DNA from: Octopus vulgaris
Lineage: Eukaryota
Direction: 5' to 3'
Length of the DNA: 64,000 bases
NCBI GenBank assembly: GCA_951406725.2
Contig: OX597827.1
Span: 66,712,001-66,776,000 of the forward strand
Positions 54,411 to 64,000 of the stretch are shown piece by piece. How positions within the stretch are numbered: position 1 is the stretch's first letter; each line of letters begins with the position of its first letter. A model generated the notes under the pieces. It was not told the origin of the DNA. It did no database searches and saw nothing but the letters and a program-made list of their open reading frames with translations. The position numbers and the translations under genes were made by a program.

Positions 54411-56319
54411 TAATTCGTGAAATGATTTTCGGGCTTATTAATAAAATACAAAGAATCCGTCAGTCTACGTAACAACGTACCTCTAATATTTTAAAAAATT
54501 ATTGTCACTTGTGTTTATATTTATATCTTCCTCATTTGTTTTGTAGTTCATAACTATTTATACGACTAAGTTTAGAAGTTACTTAACTATATAAGTAGAT
54601 CGGATTATGATATTCTAAGTGGAACGTTAAACATAGCAGTTACATTCGTGATCTATTTGTATACAGAAACAATTTACGAACATATAAAAATTAATATACA
54701 AATAAAATTTATAATAGCTAAGAGTTAGACCATATTACCTCAATGTGCTCCTAATGAAAATATTATTGTGTAAAACTTACTTTTTGAGGGTACCTATAAT
54801 AGGTGCTTAATTAATGCTGGGGTGAGTACCAAAATTTTAGGAAGGGAATATTGAAAGCTTTTATATTTGGATTAATAATAGATTCATCCTTATCTTGGTC
54901 TAAGACAGTTCTGTAGACCGCATGGTATAGAGGACCATAAACTTATGATTAGGTTTGTAATCCCTGATATTTGCTCCTCGTTGAAAAGCCGCAATTAATT
55001 TTCTCTGAAATTCGCAAAAAGTTATAATAGCATTAATGAATGAGACGTTGACATAATTGTAAATGGCAGAACTTGGCACCTATAGATTTGGTTTAAATAA
55101 AAATGTCGTCACATATCTGTTGCTGTTATTGTCACATCAGTCTGCTTTCCTTTGTACAAAATCATTGCAGATATCTTGCAAATAAAATTAATGTTATAAA
55201 GACACGTGTAATATTATTAATAGCAAAATATGAGAGATACGTGTTAGTATGAAGCTAATTTTATAAACCCAGAGTTACTTCTTTATCGAATAAGTTATCT
55301 CCTGAAATTACGACAATATGACGGGTAATTAATGCCAAATATACCAAAAAACGGAAATCTTCTCCAAGATGCTATAAGCATACGTGTTATCTTACGATTC
55401 CTGATTTAAGGAATCGTCAAGGATTTAACAAACTGTATTTGACTCCCCGAGAGACGAACTGAAAGTGGAATTAGATATAATTCTTACAGACATGCAATTT
55501 TAAATCAATGCTCTTATATCAGTTATGGCTGAACGAGTTGTTCCGAAGGTTATCCGAGAACAATGCAGATTGAAATCTAAGATAATATTTCTTCTCTTCT
55601 TGAGGCATAGATTATGTATTGCCTTTTTTGTATTTTTCTTTTGGTCAGCTCTGAGGCTCATTGACCAGCAGTTATAAGCTCCATTGATCATTTAGCGATT
55701 CTAAAATCCGATAATATTACAGCAGTGAAAAATATTTGTTGTAAAACTCATCTTTGCAATGCGAGATTTCTTTTACAGCAGCGAGAAATGAATTATGATC
55801 GCAAGGATATATTTCTTGCATGTTTGCGTGATTCCCTTTAGATCGTTTTTGCAGAATAACTTGAAATGATAGTTATAAATTCGATAGTGTATTGCTATAA
55901 AATATCATCCTGACAGGAGAACATTGTACAAGAGCAATGGTACAAGAGAAAAATTTTCCATGAATTACATTTGTTTTATTTCGAACAATTTAATAGCAGA
56001 GAAGTAGATTTACAGCAATAGAAAATACACTGTGTGCACAAATGAAGGTAGTCTATATCATTACATAGATGGTTATCTTTTAGTTCACTTTTCACAAGAA
56101 ATTGAAAGAAATGTCAGGCGATCTTTATTAGATTATCATGCATACAAAAAAAACTGGGTCTTAGTCATTTTGTTTGTCTTACATGGGAAGAAGAAGAACG
56201 TGACCTCGAACTTCTGTCACTTTGAGGTCTTCTGCGCATGCGTAGCCAATAATTACATTTTAGTTATACCCACATCATGTGCTGAAGTGCCCATAATTAA
56301 AACAAGCCACTTTTTTTGC

Positions 56320-56363
56320 TGTAGTTTCAGCTCACAGCTGCGGCCATGCTGATGCACTGCCGT
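56320..56363 (-). mobile_element. Isolated LINE tail stub (~45 bp)
   Basis: tagtttcagctcacagctgcggccatgctgatgcactgccg resembles the reverse complement of 54361-54402. Confidence 0.75.
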
Positions 56364-56402
56364 TTTGAAGAAAACATTTTAGATTTGAGAGGTGGTGTTT
56401 TA

Positions 56403-56624
<222 letters not shown>

Positions 56625-56939
56625 CTATATTTCGCTGTGACTAATCAGTTGCACTTTCGGAAAACACTTTCAGTTTAGAGAAACAGAATTAGCTAAGCGA
56701 GAATTTTTTCTTACTTCTTCACGTATTATTATTTTCTTTCCATCCAAATGCAGGCCTATAAAAAATAATAATGTACTTCCGATATTTTTTCGTTAAAATA
56801 ATTAAAATTTTCTTTCGATAATTCGGGTAGAGATTTTAAAATTATTTCATTGTATATATTAAGTAAACAAATAAATATATAAGTAATGTAGTTTATTACC
56901 ATTAAAATAAGTATCAGGTTTCCTAGTACTTATTTTACA

Positions 56940-57070
56940 AGGACCGATCAAATAAATACTAGGATTACAAAGTATAAATCCTGAGGTTGATTTCTTAGAC
57001 TAAATCCTTTCAAGGTGGTGGTCCAGCATGGCCGCAGCAATATGACTGGAACAAGTAAAGAATAAGAGAA
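56940..57070 (+). mobile_element. SINE family A 3' fragment
   Basis: ggtggtggtccagcatggccgcagcaatatgactggaacaagtaaagaataagag. Confidence 0.78.
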
Positions 57071-57088
57071 TATATAAAATTAACATAC

Positions 57089-57150
<62 letters not shown>

Positions 57151-57164
57151 TATAATTCTAATAA

Positions 57165-57626
57165 CCGGTAAAATAAATTAATCAATTAATAATGTTGCCG
57201 AGTAGCTCGGTATGCTAAAAGAACCATTATTGGTAAACTTATACGGAATTATTATAATTATAGGCATAATTATAAATATTGCTTTGCAAAATTGCTTCAC
57301 TACATATTGAAATTTAGAAATAGCAGTTAAATACTATTCTACTACAATAAGATACTCCCACACAGCTTTACTCTCAACTCACACAGGCAAAAACAAAATG
57401 ACGAATCCATCCGGCCTTGATTAACTATATACGCGTTTCTGGATTAAGGGTGTGTAAAATAACTGACACCTTATTTCCGTCATCAGAATAGTGGTTGATT
57501 GGGAGAAGGTGTGAGCCCTAACTCGTCTGTATGAATTCGGAAGTACTGCCTTTTTGGATATTAATTCTGTTCGGTGGTGCTTGGTCGAATAAAGGTCTTG
57601 ATTGCTAATACTCCCGGAAATAAGGT
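57165..57626 (-). mobile_element. PLE pLTR-like relic (family P3-related) between (TA)n tracts, with a 12-bp terminal inversion
   Basis: Homologous to 24715-24870; cggaaataaggt (57615-57626) is the reverse complement of 57468-57479; carries an HHR. Confidence 0.75.
57424..57492 (-). ncRNA. Type I hammerhead motif with long helix II
   Basis: Minus strand: actatt-CTGATGA-cgga...taaggtgt...acacccttaatcca-GAAAC-gc-GTA-tatagt; palindromic ACGCGT helix III; one U-U mismatch at the base of helix I. Confidence 0.75.
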
Positions 57627-57721
57627 ATATATATATATGTGTGTATGTGTCTATGTATGTATGTATGTATGTATCTGTGTATGTGTGTATATATGTATGT
57701 ATGTATCTATCTATCTACCTA

Positions 57722-57805
<84 letters not shown>

Positions 57806-57949
57806 ATAGCATTTCCTACGAATGCTGTCCTTATGTTCATAACCATACGGTCGATTAGGCTGACATTGACATCAAATATATAAAATAACGTTTTCCGCTG
57901 ACTGTTATTGCAACAATATTAGTAAATAGTAATATCACTAATAAAAGCA

Positions 57950-58038
57950 TTCTTCTTCTTCTTCTTCTTCTTCTTCTTCTTCTTCTCCTTCTTCTTCTTC
58001 TTCTCCTCCTTCTTCTTCTTCCTCTTCTTCTTCTCCTT

Positions 58039-58137
<99 letters not shown>

Positions 58138-58172
58138 GTTGTTGTTGTTGTTGTGGTTGTTGTTTTTGTTGT
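57950..58172. repeat. Compound triplet microsatellite (TTC)n(TTA)n(TTG)n
   Basis: Directly visible. Confidence 0.95.
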
Positions 58173-58538
58173 TATTTTTGCTTTATCATCATTCATTTAT
58201 AAAGTGTAATTTTTATAAAAACCGAATTTACAATGTTCATAGTTTTTTTTATTTATTTGTTTAATTTTTCTACTGGTTTTTTTTTTTTGGCATCGTTTTA
58301 ATTTTTGAATATTGAGTATGCAACACATAATTTAAACATGTTATAGTATAAGAAAAATTTCTGTATATTAACACAACTTTACTTACACTAAAATGCACGT
58401 CAAATTATTAAAAAAATGTCTTTGTAAATATGAGAAAATTTAACTCAATATTATTTTATTATTCAAAAAAATAATACTTGCGTATGATTATATTCCGTTA
58501 TTTAGCATCATTAACATCATCGTCATTACCATCATCAC

Positions 58539-58614
<76 letters not shown>

Positions 58615-58848
58615 GTTATTATTATTATTTCTTACAGCAAAAATATACCTTTCTGAGAAAATTTTATTTTCGTACCGTATGTAATAAATTCTGATTTCAA
58701 AGTGATGTCATTATGCTAATGTAAGTTTAAGAAAACTTCGCCTGCGCAAACGAATAGACCACACGGAATAATTTGTGTGTAAGCGTAGGCAAATTTTATA
58801 CGTGTGTGTGTGTGAGAGAGAGAGAGTGGTTGTATATACATTCATATA

Positions 58849-58989
<141 letters not shown>

Positions 58990-59399
58990 GTATACATATA
59001 TATGTATGTATGTATGTATGTATTATGTATGCATAGACGTAAGCACCTAAATACTTCAAAGGGATTTTCTTTCCTTATTATACTACACACATACACGCAC
59101 GCACACACAGCCCCCCACACATACACATTACATGTTCGTTTCTCTTTTTGCCATTCGTGGTTTTTGTGTTTGATCTTCTTTATCAATGAAGACATTTCCT
59201 CCGTCTGGCAACTTTTCTCTCTACAAAGCAAAAGTTACCTTGTAGAACAGCCATTTTTACAAGTTGTATTTATTTTTTATTCATCCGACATGATATATCC
59301 GCATCACCAGATGCTCTTGGACCAGGTATTGAGTCTCCCACATAGGAGGAATCGAATAATTATAAATTCTCGTATATTTCATATTTTGTCGTTCATTTG

Positions 59400-59442
<43 letters not shown>

Positions 59443-59443
<1 letters not shown>

Positions 59444-59580
59444 TGTTGTGTCTCGGGAGAGTTATTTTCTTTTTGTGCCTTATAATTCAACACACACCCG
59501 TAAAATTTTCACCTATTTCTTATTTTTGCTTTCCTAAGATTTTCGTTGCGTCTTGTAACGTTTTTAATAGTCTTGACTAT
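59443..59580 (-). mobile_element. Family P6 fragment with U3:A8 HHR-like fold (59534-59570) and 5' mini-hairpin
   Basis: Homologous to 45015-45144; minus strand cta-TTAAAAA-c-gttac(aagac)gcaac-GAAAATCT-tag; hairpin atagtc-tt-gactat at 59567-59580. Confidence 0.65.
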
Positions 59581-60976
59581 TTCATATTTGCCCCTCCAGT
59601 TACCCTTCCAGCATCATAATATTTATGAAAATACTTGTGAAAATTATTAGCTACGGTGGCCTATACTTAGCTTAATAGGAAGATTGGAGAAAATTACACT
59701 GTGTAACACTATTTATATCCTTGGGTAGAAATTGTTATTTGCTTACCCCTACAAAGTAAAAGAACTTTGCGAATATTTCCTTAACTTTACTTTTGTTAGA
59801 TATATTCAAACTCCAAAGAATCCTTCTCAATACATGGATACGATGTTCCCCCACCTGCTCATGTCGGAGATGCACATATTGGCAGCTGCCACAAATCAGT
59901 GTTATTGAGCAGAATATTTGCTAGAATGATATTTCTACTTCATCCACGCAGTGCTAAATCTGTTTGGAATAAAAAGGAAACGGGAAACGGTGAGATTCAA
60001 AACATTGTTGTTCAGGACACAAAAGCAAAGTTTGAAGGCAATAATATTCCTTTTCCTTTTTCTAGATAGAAGGAAATAGGACATAGCACTTAGTGACAAA
60101 AGAAAAACATAAAAATATTGATACTCAGTGCAATCTACTAAAGTCTGTAGTATAATTGTATTCTGTGCACTTACAGTTCTGTGGAATAATACAAAAATGT
60201 TTTATACGAAGCGATACTGACCGCTTCGAAACACTGTGTGTGAGAGCAGTGTTATATCGCGATCTGTGCGGCCTCGTGATTTCAAACATCGTACTGAGAA
60301 GAATCTGTAAATACACTGCAAAATTCTTTGTATGAATCTTGTGTAGTTACTGAACGGCCTAATACCGGAACAGAGCACACACTGTCAGCACTAAATCCTT
60401 CTGCAAGTGGGTAACAGGTTCTACACAACAGTAATGTCGTTGTTTTCAATCATATATCCGCTATAAATTCTAAAAACATGTCTACATCCTCAAATTTATA
60501 ATAGATCCATTTGACAAACAGCAGTCTGTTTTTCGGCGAAACGCGTCTACTGCTACCAAGCAGGGATTCTTCTATTCCACAAGCTTCCTATCCTCAGTGT
60601 AGTTCGTGCGCGGGTCAGGACATGATGTGGTTACATGGACAAAATATTCATTTGTATAGTCACAGCAATTGACTCGGTTGTTGTCATAGAAAAGTGATAC
60701 CAAAGGCAATTGATAGTGGTGATAGTGAAACTGAAAGTAGAGGATGTGGTTGAAATGGTGATATTTGAAGTAGGGTGAATAAGGTAAGACAAATGTGTCT
60801 CGCCTCGTTTGTTTACTGGCCACCAATAGTGGCGTCATATTTACGCTCCAGAAGATGATTATATCAAACGGTATTTAAAATATCACATCTCTAAATAGTA
60901 AACGAGTAAACAAGAATTCCTAAACTTAGAAAGCGATAGTAAACAAGAAGCATTAAAATAACATGATGATAATAAC

Positions 60977-61038
<62 letters not shown>

Positions 61039-61185
61039 TAATAGCCATGGAAAACACGAGATATTTCATATATAATGTGCAACGTAAAATGCAAGAGCAT
61101 GCTCTTCAGTATTGTTGTATATGTTTGTGAGTGTGTGTGTATGTGCGTGTGAATTTCTGTAAACACGCTGATACATACATACATT

Positions 61186-61320
<135 letters not shown>

Positions 61321-61615
61321 CGTGTGCGTTTGCGTGTATGTGCATTTGTGTGTGAGGAAACGTATGAAGAAATATGTACAAATCTATAAGAAATGGCGCC
61401 AAATATATATTTCCTAATTTATTTTCCTTGACTACTTACTGCAAACCACTCTAAAACGTGAGGTTATGCACTCAATTTCCAAGACGTATCATTGTAAAAG
61501 CTCTAATATACCCGATACAAAGCCGATATTAATAGCTTTGTCTTATACATATTACTTAATATTGCCGTATTTAAATACTGCCGTACCTATCTGCCAATCT
61601 ACTGATTTCTCCCTT

Positions 61616-61713
<98 letters not shown>

Positions 61714-62061
61714 TATGTAGGAAAGTAGAAATGATGTTTATAGCTGCGCACCATTTGCTATATGACTGCATTTATAATCGTAACATGTCTCTCTCTCTCT
61801 CTCTGTACACACATAAATACATGCGCACACACACTCAGACTCAGAAACGAGAGGTTTAGAAACTTCTACTTTGCGTTTAATAAGTTGTTACCGCGCTTTT
61901 CTTAATAATGTCTGCAATGAGATCTGAACTATCCCCACGCATACGTAGATATACAAACACATGAAAAAATAGACAAAAAACATTTATCCATCTCTCCCTC
62001 TCTTTCTCTCTAAATATATATATATATATATATATGCGCGTATATATATTTTATATTTATC

Positions 62062-62145
<84 letters not shown>

Positions 62146-63845
62146 TATGCGTTACATCGTCTAGCTCCCCGTCGGTCACATACGCATGAGTGTGTGTATG
62201 TATTTGTGTATTTGGTTATATGTATTTATGTCTTGTATACAGCAATTCTTTATAAAAAAAGTTACATTTTCTTCCTCATGGAAAACGGTTTTCCACTCAT
62301 CTCTGTCATGCTCCTTGTGTATGCATTTATATTGTTTATAGAACTCGAATGTCGTGTAATTTTCCCTGAAGCCTTCTCATACTATTGTATTAGTGAAAAA
62401 ATTTTTCTGTTGCTGAGTAGGAAGCTGTCAAGGCACTTTCCTAAACTCCAGTCTCCTGTGGGGGGCTAATATTTCATAATGAGTTTAGTTTTCGCTTTCG
62501 ATGTATCAGATCCTCCATTCATTTCATGCAAAAACGCTTAATCCCCATCTTTCTACTCAAACTATTTTGAATCCAATTTTTTGAAAGAGAAGGAGTTAGG
62601 AAAATATCCCTCATTGAATAAACACAAACAATACACAACCCGATAATCTCGCAGAACAATGCGTCAGTGATTGTGTGTTTATCATGAAAATGAAGAATTC
62701 CTAGGAAATTCTTCTGATAGGACTTAATTATTATTTTTCTGTTGCTAGAAATCTAAAGTTTTGCCATTATGCCTAGCATTATATGTTTTCTTTCAACAAT
62801 AATGCCAAATGGATTATGAAGGAATGAATACATGATGTTTATATCACCATGGAGGTGTATAAAATGGAGAAATTATGCAAGATGGAATCTTGTTCCTGGC
62901 AATTCAACGAGCAGCGCCTAGAACGGTATTAACTTATTTCTTAGCAGAAATTACCGGTTCAGTATTTTGAAAAGTTAAAAACTCCCGGGAACGAATTATC
63001 TGCCACATTAAACTAATTCAGAGTGAGATTAACTGTTGAAGAGAATTTTAGAGGGATAACTCTCCTAGATTTCACTTTTATTCCGAACACGGAATATTTT
63101 GTGATAATTAGAAAATACAGCAATTTCATCATTTTACGTATAAAAAGAAGGCAATGAAATTGCCGAACGTCAGCTGTGTAGTGATAAAATTCTGTCATGG
63201 AAAACGTGTAACATTTTTCAACGAAGATAAGACACAAAGAATGAAAATGTTATAGCAAGAAACGTAGCCAATAAAAAGGAAAAGAAAATGTTCCCTTAAG
63301 TTATATTATAATTTTTCCGAAAATATGAATAAAATATTTCTCATATGGTATTATTCCTCATGGAAAATTGCTGAAAAGCACGAGGTAATAGAAAAATGCA
63401 CGGTAATTGCTACCTGCAAGTGTTTTAACAAATTCTGCATCGAGGTGAACTACATAAGCAAGTGAATTCTTTCTAGGAACATAAAGGCGAACAGAAAAAT
63501 AGTGCTTAAAATCTGCAAATATTTTAAGTCAATTTGCAAAAGAATATACACAATACGCCGTGCGCAGTGTTCTCTATAGGACCTTGCATTTAATAAATAC
63601 ATCCGTGAGCCTTGTTCTCCTTTCTCTTACAAATTACATATACCATGTTAGATTAAAAAATTCAAAAGCAATCTAACATTTATTTCCGCAAAATTTGTAA
63701 CACCCCAGCCTAATCGTAGTATACCTCACGCTACCAAACAATGCATATTTATGTGTGTGTATATATGTATAGGTACAAGCAATTCGTGTGTTTCGATGGT
63801 ATTAGACTACTCAAATGAATATATAAATATATAAATTATATATAT

Positions 63846-63892
<47 letters not shown>

Positions 63893-63913
63893 CATGTATT
63901 ATATATATACATG

Positions 63914-63948
<35 letters not shown>

Positions 63949-64000
63949 ATACCTGTCTATAAATTAGAGAAGAACCACCATGAAGCAATTCAACAATGAT

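Noticed and set aside
60520-60556. agcagt-CTG...GAAACGCGTC-tactgct
   Set aside because: Helix I and III look-alikes are present, but the core lacks ANGA and there is no helix II.

Overview
AT-rich, microsatellite-dense eukaryotic DNA. The repeat families suggest a coleoid cephalopod, probably Octopus (inference). I see no recognisable host protein-coding exon: nearly all ORFs in the track are read-throughs of (TA)n/(TG)n/(TAGA)n or triplet repeats, or of TE relics. The window holds three tRNA-headed SINE families (several copies with TSDs, one family as dimers and a tetramer), 3' fragments of a CR1/L2-group LINE that shares its tail with one SINE, decayed mariner/Tc1/maT/Tigger transposons, MITEs, a non-autonomous Helitron, a 28S rRNA fragment and an internal TTAGGG tract. 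The main signal is a set of short elements from several apparently unrelated families, mostly at (TA)n tracts, that form head-to-head fold-back palindromes. Many carry minimal type I hammerhead ribozyme (HHR) folds with a palindromic helix III next to the inversion axis, as expected for Penelope-like element (PLE) pseudo-LTRs. Across families the core 3:8 base pair appears as C-G, G-C and (from a two-copy consensus) U-A. All folds were read by eye and none is tested.
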